Virus record (IMG/VR): IMGVR_UViG_3300044825_002173
Coordinates: 1,134-65,133 of that record
Source: a virus
Taxonomy: Duplodnaviria > Caudoviricetes
Strand: one strand, 5' to 3'
Length of the DNA stretch: 64,000 nt
Part shown: positions 26,408 through 36,908 of the stretch, piece after piece
How positions within the stretch are numbered: position 1 is the stretch's first letter
Layout: each line of letters starts with the position of its first letter
Made by a program: the position numbers and the translations under genes
The notes under the pieces: model-generated
What the model was told of the DNA's origin: nothing
The model's database searches: none
The model's input: only the letters and a program-made list of their open reading frames with translations

Positions 26408-28120
26408 TTAGACTATCATACGCGAAAAACCTTTGACTTTCTCAAACTTTATGACACTTTCAAATCTGTCCTCTAGACCAGTCTTATGAGAGATGACAAA
26501 TATATTAGCATCTTTAATGACATAACGGATAATCTTAAGGAACTCTTCTGTTCCAAATCCATCAAGTGAAGAATCAAACACCTCATCCATAATCAAAAGA
26601 TTTGTATTGACTGAGTTTTTCATTCTTGCAACTTCTCTCCAAGTAAAGAGTAATGCAAGGTCTATTCTCATTTTTTCACCTTCACTAAAAGAGGCATATG
26701 AGAAATCTTCATGAATTGGAGACTGGACGGTTTCGTTAAATTCCTCATCAAGAGTGAAGTTAATATAGAAATCCATCATCTGAAGATAACGGTTTACTTG
26801 CTGATTTATCAGCGGTAGATACTTCTTAATGATTTTGGATTTTACTCCACCGTCTTTAAGCAAACTATACGAAAAATCGTAATAGTTGATTGTGTCTTTT
26901 TTAGAAGCGAGTTCGTCGTATGTTGTTTTTAAGTTTTTATTGAAGGATTCTAACTTCTCATGTTCAGAATTTCGGTTTGCAAGTTGTTCGGTAATTTTTT
27001 GAATTTCCGATTCAAGATTTCGGATTTGTCTCCGCAATCCATTAATCTTAATATTGTTTTGAGAAATGCCATTCGTTAAGTTTGAAATCTCCTTCGATAG
27101 AGTATTGAATTGACGCTCTCGCTCCTCTTCCTCTTTAATTGCCTCTTCTAGTTCTTTATAACCAGATTGCAACTCCTTTGCTTTATCTTGAGCGTTCTTA
27201 ATTCTATTTATTCTAAACTCTTCATCAATGGATTGTGTGCATGTAGGGCATACCGTATTCTCAGTAAAGAACTTATGTTCTTTTGTAATTGTGGATACTT
27301 TTTGAGAAATTTTTCCTTTAAGATTTCCTAGTTTACGAAGTTTTTCAGCATATCCAGTAATTGCATCTTGCTCACGAATAAGTGCTCTAAGAGGTTCTTC
27401 TACAGACTCATTTTCTTGCGTATATTGTTCAATTTCTTTATCCAAATCGGAAATTTTCCGATTATTATTGTTTATATTATCTTTTCCTCTATTTTCAAGT
27501 TCTTCAATAAATTCTTCCTGCATCTGAACTTTATCAAGAAGAGATTCTTTCTTAAGTTCAAGAGTTTTAATTTCATCTTTAATTGAACGAATCTTTTCTT
27601 TAATTACAACATTCATAGAAGAAAATATTTTAATATCAAGAAGATCCTCAATTACTTCTCTACGATGAGATGCAGGCAGTTGCATGAAAGGAACAAAAGT
27701 ACTACTACCCAAAATCACGATTTGAGTAAAAGACTTGTAGTTCATCTTTAAAACATTTTGCTCTAACCACTTCTGCTGATCTATAGCTGCAGCAGACTGA
27801 TCTAAAAGAGAGTCATCACGATAAATCTCAAAAATATTAGGTTTGATACCTCTCACCACTTTCCACGAAGTGCTTCCAATATCAAACTCAACCTCAACTC
27901 TACAATCCTTATCATTTACAGAATTGATGAGTTGAGGTTTATTAATTTTACGGAATGGTTTACCAAACAAAGAAAATGTTAGAGCATCAAGAACTGTACT
28001 TTTTCCCGCACCATTAGAACCAATAATGAGATTTGTTGAATTTTTTGTAAAATCAACCTCAGTTTCATGTTGTCCGGTAGAAAGAAAATTACGCCATTTT
28101 ATAGTTTTAAATAAAATCAT
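26408..28120 (-). CDS. gp46: recombination endonuclease subunit (Rad50/SbcC-like)
   Basis: GSNGAGKST, CPTC zinc hook, FSEGEKMRIDLAL, MDEVFD. Confidence 0.96.
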   Translation of the reverse strand: MILFKTIKWRNFLSTGQHETEVDFTKNSTNLIIGSNGAGKSTVLDALTFSLFGKPFRKINKPQLINSVNDKDCRVEVEFDIGSTSWKVVRGIKPNIFEIYRDDSLLDQSAAAIDQQKWLEQNVLKMNYKSFTQIVILGSSTFVPFMQLPASHRREVIEDLLDIKIFSSMNVVIKEKIRSIKDEIKTLELKKESLLDKVQMQEEFIEELENRGKDNINNNNRKISDLDKEIEQYTQENESVEEPLRALIREQDAITGYAEKLRKLGNLKGKISQKVSTITKEHKFFTENTVCPTCTQSIDEEFRINRIKNAQDKAKELQSGYKELEEAIKEEEERERQFNTLSKEISNLTNGISQNNIKINGLRRQIRNLESEIQKITEQLANRNSEHEKLESFNKNLKTTYDELASKKDTINYYDFSYSLLKDGGVKSKIIKKYLPLINQQVNRYLQMMDFYINFTLDEEFNETVQSPIHEDFSYASFSEGEKMRIDLALLFTWREVARMKNSVNTNLLIMDEVFDSSLDGFGTEEFLKIIRYVIKDANIFVISHKTGLEDRFESVIKFEKVKGFSRMIV

Positions 28121-28382
28121 GAGTTACATTACTTGGAGGAATAACAATATCATTTGAGGTAATTACTGTATATTGATAATCATGAAGTTCGCAAGTTTTT
28201 ATCATAACTTCATCTTCAATTTCAATTACATGCATTTCTGGATATCCATCATCTTCTAACATCATAGCATATCTAACTGCATCATCCTCCTCTTCAAACA
28301 GATAGAGAATATGATCACCATCATCGTTTAAAACGGAATATGCACCTTCAGTTTCTCTGCCGTTGATTGTTAGAATAAACAT
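28107..28382 (-). CDS. conserved hypothetical protein
   Basis: 91-aa acidic ORF between gp47 and gp46 (LFEEEDDAVRYA). Confidence 0.75.
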   Translation of the reverse strand: MFILTINGRETEGAYSVLNDDGDHILYLFEEEDDAVRYAMMLEDDGYPEMHVIEIEDEVMIKTCELHDYQYTVITSNDIVIPPSNVTHDFI

Positions 28383-29422
28383 TAAACCATCTCACATGCC
28401 TCTTGATAAACTTCTTGCAATAGTTTTTGAACTAGTGATTTATCAAGATTTACTTCAGACTCCTCAATATATCTATTCAGAATTGAAAGTGTATCTTCAG
28501 ATTCAAATACTTCGAAATTTTCAGATTCTTGAATATCAAAATTTTCAATTACCTTAAGTTCCGCAACATTAGATGTGTATAGTTTATCAATAAATTTTTC
28601 AAACTTTTTGGTGTCTGTTTTTTTACGAACAACTACTTTTACGATTTTATTCTCATATTCTCGTGTATCAAAAGTTTGATAGTTAGTATCTTCATAATAA
28701 ATGTTATGAAACATTTTATAAGGATTATCAATAGATTCGTGATCTAAAGTTTCAGTATCAAAGATAGTAAACCCACGGGTATCACCTACGTCTGTCCAAT
28801 AAATCTCATAAGGATTTCCTAGATAAAAGACTACTCCGTTATTCGATCTAGTGTGATAGTGTCCCGAATAGACCCTGGTGAACTTATCAAATAGTTTGCT
28901 TTCCAGACCATGCTCCATGACGATTTGTCTATTAACTCTAAATCCTTGGAGTTCAAGGTGCCCCATCGCACACTTGCAAGCAGTCTTTTTAATGAGTTTG
29001 AGAGTTTGCTCTTCATTTTCTTGATTAATCCAGGGTATAAAAAGTATAGGTAGTTTACCCAACATTACTTCTGTTGGTTCAGAATAAACGGTTACATTAT
29101 CATATTCACGTAGAAGCAAATCTACTGCGTTTACATTATTAGTATTTTTATAATAAGCAGTATGATTTCCAACGATCGTATGAACTCGCACTCCCATTTC
29201 CTGGAGACGATCATAATAATTGTTTTTAGCCCAGGAAAGTGATGAAAAATCAATACCTTTACGACTATCAAATGTATCGCCCATATCAACAACTGTGGTA
29301 ATCCCGTACTGTTCCAGCGTAGGGAAAAACACGTCATTATAGAACTTTAAAAAATAATCATGAAAAAGTTTTGAATTTTTTCTGGCACCAAAGTGCTGAT
29401 CTGTGATGATTGCGACTTTCAT
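28382..29422 (-). CDS. gp47: recombination endonuclease subunit (Mre11/SbcD-like)
   Basis: DQHFG, GDTFD, GNH, GHLEL, SGHYH phosphoesterase motifs. Confidence 0.96.
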   Translation of the reverse strand: MKVAIITDQHFGARKNSKLFHDYFLKFYNDVFFPTLEQYGITTVVDMGDTFDSRKGIDFSSLSWAKNNYYDRLQEMGVRVHTIVGNHTAYYKNTNNVNAVDLLLREYDNVTVYSEPTEVMLGKLPILFIPWINQENEEQTLKLIKKTACKCAMGHLELQGFRVNRQIVMEHGLESKLFDKFTRVYSGHYHTRSNNGVVFYLGNPYEIYWTDVGDTRGFTIFDTETLDHESIDNPYKMFHNIYYEDTNYQTFDTREYENKIVKVVVRKKTDTKKFEKFIDKLYTSNVAELKVIENFDIQESENFEVFESEDTLSILNRYIEESEVNLDKSLVQKLLQEVYQEACEMV

Positions 29423-29917
29423 TCAATAGCGAAGTTTAGAATGCACTGCGTCTTTAATCGAATTATAGTCGCTATAGTTGCTTCCGTCAATAGAGTTGTC
29501 CTCAAATACTTCAGAGTATCCAGAACGCTCAAGGATTTTGTTCTTGATTTCTAACTGACGCTTCTCTCTTTGAATACGACGAAGAAAAGCGTAGTGAATG
29601 ATTTGAGTGAAGTAAGCAAAAGGATTCTGTGACTTCTCAGGATTGAAGTTGTGAATATACTGAACGCAGTTTTCAATACCATCGGAAATCATGTCTTCCT
29701 TAAACATATAGTTTACGAAGTTAGGTTTAAAGGAAAGATGATTTGCGATCTTCAGGAAACACTCTCCAATGTAGCGAGGAATGGGAGGTTTTGGTTTTCC
29801 TTGAATCTCTGCGATTTCTTTATCTTCGCGGTATTTAATCAATGCTGCAAGAAACTCTTTGTTATTGACGTAATGCTCTGACCTCTTTCTTTTGGTCATG
29901 ACTGCTGTGGTAATCAT
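29423..29917 (-). CDS. gp55: late sigma factor
   Basis: HYVNNKEFL, DMISDGIENC, NPFAYFTQI, AFLRRI. Confidence 0.96.
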   Translation of the reverse strand: MITTAVMTKRKRSEHYVNNKEFLAALIKYREDKEIAEIQGKPKPPIPRYIGECFLKIANHLSFKPNFVNYMFKEDMISDGIENCVQYIHNFNPEKSQNPFAYFTQIIHYAFLRRIQREKRQLEIKNKILERSGYSEVFEDNSIDGSNYSDYNSIKDAVHSKLRY

Positions 29918-29942
29918 AAGTTTTTATCATTATTATGTATAA

Positions 29943-29993
29943 ATTATACCATCTATAAAAATACTTGACAAGGTATTCAAAACCTTGTACAAT
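29943..29993. promoter_or_regulatory. back-to-back sigma70-like promoters sharing a -35 region
   Basis: Minus strand: TTGTCA-N17-TATAAT toward gp55. Plus strand: TTGACA (29965-29970)-N17-TACAAT (29988-29993). Confidence 0.7.
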
Positions 29994-30021
29994 TACCTTT
30001 GTCGAGGTTGAAAAGATTGAT

Positions 30022-30414
30022 TTAGCTATTTTTATAAAGCTTTTCTAATATCTCCTTAGCATCATTAACATTAGCAAGATATCCCATTCTACGATTAATT
30101 TTAGAATGATTATTCCTATCTTTTACAGATTGACGAACATAAGATTGATACATCATAATTATTTCTATATCAGAAGATTCAGAGAGAGTTAATACATCAT
30201 CAAGATTAATAATAAACATATCTTCTGTTGTTGTTTTTAACCATGGTTCTATTTTATATCCAACTGTTCCAGATCTACTTTTTATTTCATTAATAATAAT
30301 TGGGTTTGTAATAATTAATAAGGTTTTATCTTCTTCTTCAGAAGCTGCTACTTTGGCAAAGATTTCTTCACCTGTTTTAAGTTTTAAAGTTGCATAAAAA
30401 TCATCTTCTATCAT
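30022..30414 (-). CDS. conserved hypothetical protein (Sm-like fold suspected)
   Basis: FYATLKLKTGEEIFAKV...IEPW; sits between uvsW and gp55. Confidence 0.8.
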   Translation of the reverse strand: MIEDDFYATLKLKTGEEIFAKVAASEEEDKTLLIITNPIIINEIKSRSGTVGYKIEPWLKTTTEDMFIINLDDVLTLSESSDIEIIMMYQSYVRQSVKDRNNHSKINRRMGYLANVNDAKEILEKLYKNS

Positions 30415-31876
30415 TTTTCTTAAGTTGTATGGTGATTATTTCATAATTAAACTTTTCTTCGTTATAAATTTTAATTCTTTCTATCAAATGATTTAAAGTA
30501 TAATTTTTTCTTGAATTATAAGTACAATCATCAGAAATATCATATAAGACTGCTTTTGTTTTGTTGTTACCTTTTCTTAGAACTCTTCCAATTGATTGTA
30601 AATTACGAATTCTAGACTTTGAAGGTGATGCAAAAATAACGTTATGTAAATTTTTAATGTTAATTCCTGTGCTAAATGTGCCGTATGATGCAACAATAAT
30701 TGCATTGTTTTCTCTTTCTGCAATTTCTCTAACTAATTCTCTTTCCTCAGTATCAACTCCACCATGAATAAAAAATACTTTGCGATCACCTCGCTTAGTA
30801 TTATTTATCTTTTCATATAAAACTGCTCCATGTGCTTCTACTCGTGAAAATAAAACAAGAGTATTTCCTTTTAAAGAAAGCGAAAGATTTGTAATAAACT
30901 TATTTCTTTGTTCATGTTGAATTAAATATTGAATTTCATCTTCATAAGTTTCAAACTTTTGTTGAGGATGTTTAAGAACAAGACAACGAATATCTAACTG
31001 AGAAATATGTCCTTGTTCCATCAGTTCATAAGTTCTGGTAACTTTATATGATGGACCAAACAATCCTTCTAAAACCCATTTATGAGTTTGAGTTCCATCA
31101 AGAGTTCCAGTAAATCCAAAACGATATTTTGCATGATGAAGTTTAGTCATAATGTCAATAAGTGACTTACTCTTAAATAAATGAGCTTCATCTCCTATAA
31201 CTACTCCATAGTTTTCAAAGAATGAACGTTCTAACTTATAGACAGATTGCCAAGTTGTAATTGTTACCGAATGTTCGTTTGTTTTTTCTCTGCCAGAATA
31301 AATTTTATGACAATATGACTCAGCATCCCAACCATAATCTTGGAAATCCTTGTACATCTGCTCTACCAAAGATGTCGTTGGAACAACTAAGAGAATTTTT
31401 TCTCCTTTATCTACATAATACCTTACAAGGGAATAAATCATTAAGGATTTACCTGAGGCTGTGGGTGATATCAATAATTTTCTATTATGTCGTAGAGCAT
31501 CGTATACTCCCTCTACTTGATACTCTCGTGGAGAATGAGCACAAATAGAAGACATATAATCTTTAACACCCTCATAAGAAATACCTTGATTTACTTCAAA
31601 AGGTAATCCATAGAATTTATTTTCTTTAAACTCATATGTATAGTTATGTAGAGTTAGTTTGTCAATGACTTTAGCCAACAAACCAGTGTAAATTTCTCCC
31701 GTGTGAGTACTTAAAAGTCTGATTTTTCCGTCCCAATGTCTACTTCTATATTGAGACATGAATTTTGCAGACTCAACTTCAAATGTAAAGTATGGTTGAA
31801 GTTCGTAAAGAATATGTGGTTCGCAATGAAGTTTTAAAAAAACTTCATTTTTCTTTTCAATAATTACGTCACTCAT
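30401..31876 (-). CDS. uvsW: SF2 helicase UvsW
   Basis: PTASGKS, GDEAH, FTGT, QSIGRVLR. Confidence 0.95.
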   Translation of the reverse strand: MSDVIIEKKNEVFLKLHCEPHILYELQPYFTFEVESAKFMSQYRSRHWDGKIRLLSTHTGEIYTGLLAKVIDKLTLHNYTYEFKENKFYGLPFEVNQGISYEGVKDYMSSICAHSPREYQVEGVYDALRHNRKLLISPTASGKSLMIYSLVRYYVDKGEKILLVVPTTSLVEQMYKDFQDYGWDAESYCHKIYSGREKTNEHSVTITTWQSVYKLERSFFENYGVVIGDEAHLFKSKSLIDIMTKLHHAKYRFGFTGTLDGTQTHKWVLEGLFGPSYKVTRTYELMEQGHISQLDIRCLVLKHPQQKFETYEDEIQYLIQHEQRNKFITNLSLSLKGNTLVLFSRVEAHGAVLYEKINNTKRGDRKVFFIHGGVDTEERELVREIAERENNAIIVASYGTFSTGINIKNLHNVIFASPSKSRIRNLQSIGRVLRKGNNKTKAVLYDISDDCTYNSRKNYTLNHLIERIKIYNEEKFNYEIITIQLKKNDRR

Positions 31877-31903
31877 ATCATTAATGATGCTATGAGTATT
31901 TAT

Positions 31904-32341
31904 TTACCCCAGACCAGCATTAAAACGCATAAATTCTATGGAGTTTTTAATTTGATAGGTTCTATTTTGAATCATTTTCAAAATACTTTCAATATACACT
32001 AACATTGTATCGTAGTAATCAATCTTTAAACATACTGTAGAAAGTTTTTCATCTGCATCAAGATACTTTTGCATTGTATCTTTGTCGCGGATTTTTTTAG
32101 GAAAAGGATTTTCTACATATACATCAGGATCTGCTTTTCCAGAATAATATTCATAACGTTCGTGTCGAATATTTCTTTTTTGCTGCTCTGCTTTTTTCCT
32201 GAGTAGAAAAATTGTATTATAAAGATCAAAATATTTTGCATGAAGTATTGGGATATTCAAAGATTCTGTATGAAGATTATCTATATCTATCTTTGAATCT
32301 TGCTCCCACATTTTTTGTATAGAATCAAGATCTAAAGTCAT
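31904..32341 (-). CDS. uvsY: recombination mediator UvsY
   Basis: DSKID...IPILHAKY...EYYSGKA...YLDAD...RTYQIKNSIEF. Confidence 0.9.
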   Translation of the reverse strand: MTLDLDSIQKMWEQDSKIDIDNLHTESLNIPILHAKYFDLYNTIFLLRKKAEQQKRNIRHERYEYYSGKADPDVYVENPFPKKIRDKDTMQKYLDADEKLSTVCLKIDYYDTMLVYIESILKMIQNRTYQIKNSIEFMRFNAGLG

Positions 32342-32886
32342 AAAGGATTTCCGCCAAGATCAACTATATTGTAAATAGTATACTTGAAACTAACATCTGC
32401 TGTAAAGTATTGTATATCTGTATTTGTGGCATCAAAGATTAAAGTTGACAATGAATATGGAAATAAATCTTTAAAAACAATTTGAAAATTTGGTATCTGA
32501 CTACTAGTTAAAACTTGTAAAGTTCCATCAGAATATATGTTTTGTCTATCTTTTGGATAATTTGCTTGAATTTGTCCAGATTTTTCTAAATCCTCAAATT
32601 GACTTAACCTTTCTGGAAATCCAAGACCCCGAATCCAATTTTGAATTTGCATGTAATTTTCAAGATTTTCATCTACCAAAAATCTTAAATTTAAATCACC
32701 AAATTCTATAATGTCACCTGGAGTTGGCAACATTTTAGTATAAGATGGTTGTGTAGCTACTCCAAGATTTAAATCAGGAATATTAGCTTCATTACAAAAA
32801 AAACCAACCTTTGGAGTTCTTGTAAGAGTAAATTTAAATCCTGTTGGTGATAAAAAATTTCTATTCTCTATTTGTCCTACTGTCAT
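32338..32886 (-). CDS. gp3: tail completion / sheath stabilizer
   Basis: NFLSPTGFKF...ANIP...PGD...LRFLVDENLENY...WIRGL; downstream of gp23. Confidence 0.88.
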   Translation of the reverse strand: MTVGQIENRNFLSPTGFKFTLTRTPKVGFFCNEANIPDLNLGVATQPSYTKMLPTPGDIIEFGDLNLRFLVDENLENYMQIQNWIRGLGFPERLSQFEDLEKSGQIQANYPKDRQNIYSDGTLQVLTSSQIPNFQIVFKDLFPYSLSTLIFDATNTDIQYFTADVSFKYTIYNIVDLGGNPL

Positions 32887-32906
32887 CTTTTTTTAAATAT
32901 TTAGAT

Positions 32907-32934
32907 AAAAAAAGAGGACCCCGAAGGATCCTCT
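32907..32934 (-). terminator. intrinsic terminator after gp23 (UUCG tetraloop)
   Basis: AGAGGATCC-TTCG-GGGTCCTCT-TTTTTT. Confidence 0.9.
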
Positions 32935-32955
32935 GTATTTCTTATGTGAAATAGA

Positions 32956-34389
32956 TTACATAAGATTTTTCACCGCAACTCTTCTGTAGTAACGGTTAGA
33001 GTTGACTTGGAGACGACCAAGACCCTGATCAAGACCCTCAGCGAATGGGTTAGCAACAAGACCATAGCGGGTCTTAAAGCCAATCTTGGGTTGGAAGCTG
33101 TTCTCACCAACGGCACGTACCATTTGGAGAGGAACATAAGGACAATAGAAGAGTCCAGCGTCATAAGGTGATGAACCCTTATAACCTACAACATAATACT
33201 GATTGCCAGGAGATGCATTACCTGAAGTGAGGTTAGCAGCATATGGGTCAATGTAGACACGGAATTTGCCCATGAGAGTACCAGCAAAGGTGTTGCCGGT
33301 GTCGTCTACGTTGAGGTTTGCGTTGAGTGCAGGGGTGTAGTCGAGAACACCAGCCATGGTCAGTGCTGAAGCAACGTCAGCAGAGCACATGATGATGTTA
33401 CCCTTTCCTCTACGAGTTCTCTGAGCGATAGCGTTAGCATCACGCTCAATTTGGAACAGAAGACCCTTGAACTTCTCAACAGACCAACGACCATTGGAGT
33501 CGATGTCTAGGTCAAAGATACCAGCAGTTGCAACGTTCTGAACAGCACCTTGCTCAGCAACTTTATAGATGGTACGAATAACTTCGCGGTTGATCTCAGC
33601 AAGAATCTCAGTTGAGAGAATGTTTGCGAGTTCCGCTTCAGCATTCAGTCCATGAATTGCCTTGAGGTCCTGAGCGAGTTCGAGTGAATACTCAGCTTTC
33701 AGAGCGCGTGACTTTGCAGTAACAGTGACTTTCTCGATTGAGAATGCCATCTGGTTGAACTGGTCACCATTTACGCCATCGCCAAGTGCTTCTGCATCAC
33801 CAGTTGGCATACCTTGACCAACGTTATAAGCAGTTTGACTGCCAGCACCACCGACTGGGTTGAGGACTGATGGATTAGAACCTGTTTGTGCAGTCGTACC
33901 AATACCAGCAGCAGTGCTACCGAATCCAACAACATCAAATGCTGAGTTTTGACCAGAATATGCAGTATCTACTTCGTTGTAGAATGTTTCTGCTCCACTC
34001 TGATTGGTGTAGCGAGAACGCATTGCAAAGATGAGTCCTGTTGGACCACTCATTGGTTGAACGCCTGCGAGGTCATAAGCGACCAGGTTAGGCATTGAAC
34101 GACGAATGAGTGAAATTAGAACGGGGTCAAAACCTGCGGTAGGACCACCAGCAGCAGCACTACCACCAAATCCTCCACCAAATCCAGCAGCATTGCCACT
34201 GTTTGTTGGTGATTCCATCAGGTTAGTAATACCACCTGAATTAAATGCTGACTCTTCTCTTAAGAATTTTTCTTGGTTTTCGAGCAGGACAGCGGTTACA
34301 GCTCTACGATGAGAATCTTTGATTGGATCAAGACCCTGATAGTCGAGAAGAGGTGCCCACTTTTCCTGCAGATGCTCGGAATGAAACAT
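32956..34389 (-). CDS. gp23: major capsid protein
   Basis: KWAPLL, VQPMSGPTGLIFAMR, KSRALKAEYSLELAQDLKAIHGL, FQPKIGFKTRYG. Confidence 0.98.
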   Translation of the reverse strand: MFHSEHLQEKWAPLLDYQGLDPIKDSHRRAVTAVLLENQEKFLREESAFNSGGITNLMESPTNSGNAAGFGGGFGGSAAAGGPTAGFDPVLISLIRRSMPNLVAYDLAGVQPMSGPTGLIFAMRSRYTNQSGAETFYNEVDTAYSGQNSAFDVVGFGSTAAGIGTTAQTGSNPSVLNPVGGAGSQTAYNVGQGMPTGDAEALGDGVNGDQFNQMAFSIEKVTVTAKSRALKAEYSLELAQDLKAIHGLNAEAELANILSTEILAEINREVIRTIYKVAEQGAVQNVATAGIFDLDIDSNGRWSVEKFKGLLFQIERDANAIAQRTRRGKGNIIMCSADVASALTMAGVLDYTPALNANLNVDDTGNTFAGTLMGKFRVYIDPYAANLTSGNASPGNQYYVVGYKGSSPYDAGLFYCPYVPLQMVRAVGENSFQPKIGFKTRYGLVANPFAEGLDQGLGRLQVNSNRYYRRVAVKNLM

Positions 34390-34444
34390 TTGCGTTTTAC
34401 CTTTTTACTAAGTGTTTGTTTTTTGCGTTTGAATTATATTAAAT

Positions 34445-35611
34445 TCAATTTTTTCTAAATCCTGAAAGTGTTCTCAGGTAAGCAGCCATTGCATCAGAAA
34501 CTGGTTCTTGAACTGCTTCAGTGCTTTCCGAAAGAGTTTCAGTTTTAGCTGAAGGAGAAACTACTCTTGAAGGAAAATATGATTCCTTCAAAGTCTCCAG
34601 TTTTTCACGATATTCTGTTTCACTTTCAAACTCAACACTTTCGGCAAGTGAAGCGAGCTTGTCTTTCTGAGTGTCTGCAAGACCATCAGCGACCTGTTCA
34701 AAGATTCCATCAGCAACCGACTCTGCGAGACGCTTGTTTAGGGAAACATTCTTTTCGATTTGCTCGTTGAGTTTTGTCTCCATTTCATCAAGTTTTTCTA
34801 CCATGCTCTCAAGCACATCATATTTATCTTCAGGGATTGATACATAATGTTCTTCAAAAAGACCTTTCATTCCTTGGAGGAATGATTCGGTCATTTCGGT
34901 CTTAAGACCTTGCTCAATGACGAGTGCATTTTCTTGCATCCACTCGTCAGCAACATACTCTAGATAAGCATCTACACGCTCGCTGAGTTCTAATTTAATT
35001 TCTTCAACTTCCTCAGCAAGAGCAACTGCATATTGCTCCTCAAGTGCTTCCTGAATATCAGAAACCTTGGAGCGAAGAGCAGCTTCAAAGATAGTGCGTG
35101 CTTTTTCTTGGAACTCTTCGGAGAGTTCTTCACCTTCTAGAAGAGCATTGACATCTTCTTCAATGTCAAACTCTTCTTCCATTTTCTTTTTCTTACCACC
35201 CTCTTCTTCCTCTTCTTCTTCGCCTTCCTCTTCTTCCTCTTCTTCCTCTTCCTTATGCTTAGCTTCTACAAGTTCTTCGTCCTCATCACTTTCTTCATCG
35301 ATTAAATCTTCATCATCCAGTTCTTCTTCTTCTTTCATACCCTTCATTGCTTCCGCAGACTTAGCTCCCTTATTTACAACATCTTTAACTTGCTTAAGAG
35401 TTGCTCCTGGGGTTTTAAGTTTTGCTGAGTCATCATCTGGACGATAGTTGGAAGGATCTGGACCACCAAGATCTTCCCAACCTGCGGTTTGACCATCAGG
35501 AATACCTGTAGTTAGTTTTGGCATCGCATCCGCTGCTTTAGCATTAGCATTAACAGCGGTTCTGGATTGCTTAGTGCCTACTTCCATTTCTTGTAAATCT
35601 CCACGAGACAT
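34445..35611 (-). CDS. gp22: prohead core scaffold protein
   Basis: LSEEFQEKARTIFEAA, YLEYVADEW; very acidic; between gp21 and gp23. Confidence 0.93.
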   Translation of the reverse strand: MSRGDLQEMEVGTKQSRTAVNANAKAADAMPKLTTGIPDGQTAGWEDLGGPDPSNYRPDDDSAKLKTPGATLKQVKDVVNKGAKSAEAMKGMKEEEELDDEDLIDEESDEDEELVEAKHKEEEEEEEEEGEEEEEEEGGKKKKMEEEFDIEEDVNALLEGEELSEEFQEKARTIFEAALRSKVSDIQEALEEQYAVALAEEVEEIKLELSERVDAYLEYVADEWMQENALVIEQGLKTEMTESFLQGMKGLFEEHYVSIPEDKYDVLESMVEKLDEMETKLNEQIEKNVSLNKRLAESVADGIFEQVADGLADTQKDKLASLAESVEFESETEYREKLETLKESYFPSRVVSPSAKTETLSESTEAVQEPVSDAMAAYLRTLSGFRKN

Positions 35612-35649
35612 TTGAACTCTCCGTTTAACCTTTAGTTATAAACTATATT

Positions 35650-35657
35650 TATTTATA
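35650..35657 (-). promoter_or_regulatory. T4-type late promoter
   Basis: Exact TATAAATA upstream of gp22. Confidence 0.75.
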
Positions 35658-35667
35658 ATTTAATAAA

Positions 35668-36318
35668 TTACAATGAGTTTAAAAACTCATTAAAAAGTGA
35701 TAATTTATATTCCTCAAGAATTCTTTGATCAACTAAGTTATTTATTTTAATTTTTGTATTCTCTGCTACTCTTTCTTTTAGAATTCCACCATCCCAACAC
35801 CACTCTTTACCTTCCATAATTCCTTGAACAAAAGCATCAGGTGCTGAGGGGTCTGCAACAATGTCAGCAGCAGTTGCAAGCATAAAATCTTCGCCAACTT
35901 CTTTATATCCTTTATTATTTTCTCTTAGTGAACCAATACCACGAGAAGAAACGCCAAGACAAACACCTTCTTTAAGAAGTGATTCTGCAATCTTACCCAT
36001 TGGAGTGGAAAGAATCTGTGCCTTACCAATAAAATTGTTTCCTTCTTGTGTAAGAGAAACAATCTTATGTGATACTCTGTCAAGATTTACAGTAGGGCCA
36101 TCAGGATGTCCTAGTTCTCCAAGAGCACGACCCTTATCTACATACTGCTCAGTATATCTTTTTACTTCACGCTCCATAATGGACATAGGATACATACGTC
36201 CATTACGATTGACGCATTCTGCCTGTAAAAAAGGACCCTGAATGTAGAGTTTTTGGTTAGTACCTTTTCCTTCAGTAATAACTTCTACCTTTTCGATTTC
36301 TTCTGTGATGAGTTTCAT
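35668..36318 (-). CDS. gp21: prohead protease
   Basis: NRNGRMY, ALGELGHP, GVSSRGIGS, DIVADPSAPDA. Confidence 0.96.
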   Translation of the reverse strand: MKLITEEIEKVEVITEGKGTNQKLYIQGPFLQAECVNRNGRMYPMSIMEREVKRYTEQYVDKGRALGELGHPDGPTVNLDRVSHKIVSLTQEGNNFIGKAQILSTPMGKIAESLLKEGVCLGVSSRGIGSLRENNKGYKEVGEDFMLATAADIVADPSAPDAFVQGIMEGKEWCWDGGILKERVAENTKIKINNLVDQRILEEYKLSLFNEFLNSL

Positions 36319-36875
36319 TATGCTTGACCTGTGATTTGTACTTGTTGGTAATAAAGAGTTCCTGAACCTGCTCCATAAGCAGAAACTTTATTTGAAATTG
36401 ATATTGTTGCATCTAAAGGTGCAAATGCAGTTACAATTCCACTTGAATTATTAGCAACGGTCATTCTAGTTTGATAATATCCATTTACTCCTGCAGAAGT
36501 ATCAACCGATAATACTTCTTTATGAGTAAAATCGTAATAAGATTGACCACTTGCACTTAATGTTACATAATCACCAACACCAAATGGAACTTGAGTACCT
36601 TCTGGGACAGTAACAATTGTTGTTGTTCCAGTCGTCACTCCAACAACACGATTCGATGCTTTGGTAAGAGCAAGTGTTGCAGTTCCACCTGAAGGAATAT
36701 AATAATCAGTATTTGTAGCAGAAGGAGTTCCTACTCCAATTTTGACATATGCACCTGCACCTTCAGCAACAACTCTCAGAACACTTGATTGAACTGTAAA
36801 AGAGTTTGCCGATGTTGTTGCAGTGCCTGCTGAAAATGTAAATGAGGAACCAACCCCAACTGGTCTATGAGCCAT
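36318..36875 (-). CDS. hypothetical (probable virion) protein
   Basis: 185-aa Thr/Gly/Val-rich ORF; TAATG coupling to gp21; late promoter-like AATAAATA upstream. Confidence 0.75.
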   Translation of the reverse strand: MAHRPVGVGSSFTFSAGTATTSANSFTVQSSVLRVVAEGAGAYVKIGVGTPSATNTDYYIPSGGTATLALTKASNRVVGVTTGTTTIVTVPEGTQVPFGVGDYVTLSASGQSYYDFTHKEVLSVDTSAGVNGYYQTRMTVANNSSGIVTAFAPLDATISISNKVSAYGAGSGTLYYQQVQITGQA

Positions 36876-36908
36876 TATTTTAAATATACACTTTTAGTTA
36901 TTTATTAT

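Noticed and set aside
32956-34389. Higher GC in gp23 (also cobS and gp44) as a sign of horizontal transfer
   Set aside because: It is consistent with codon bias in highly expressed core genes, and synteny is intact.
35067-35447. Poly-Ser plus-strand ORF and TCT/TCC microsatellite-like tract
   Set aside because: This is the reverse complement of the Glu-rich linker of scaffold gp22.
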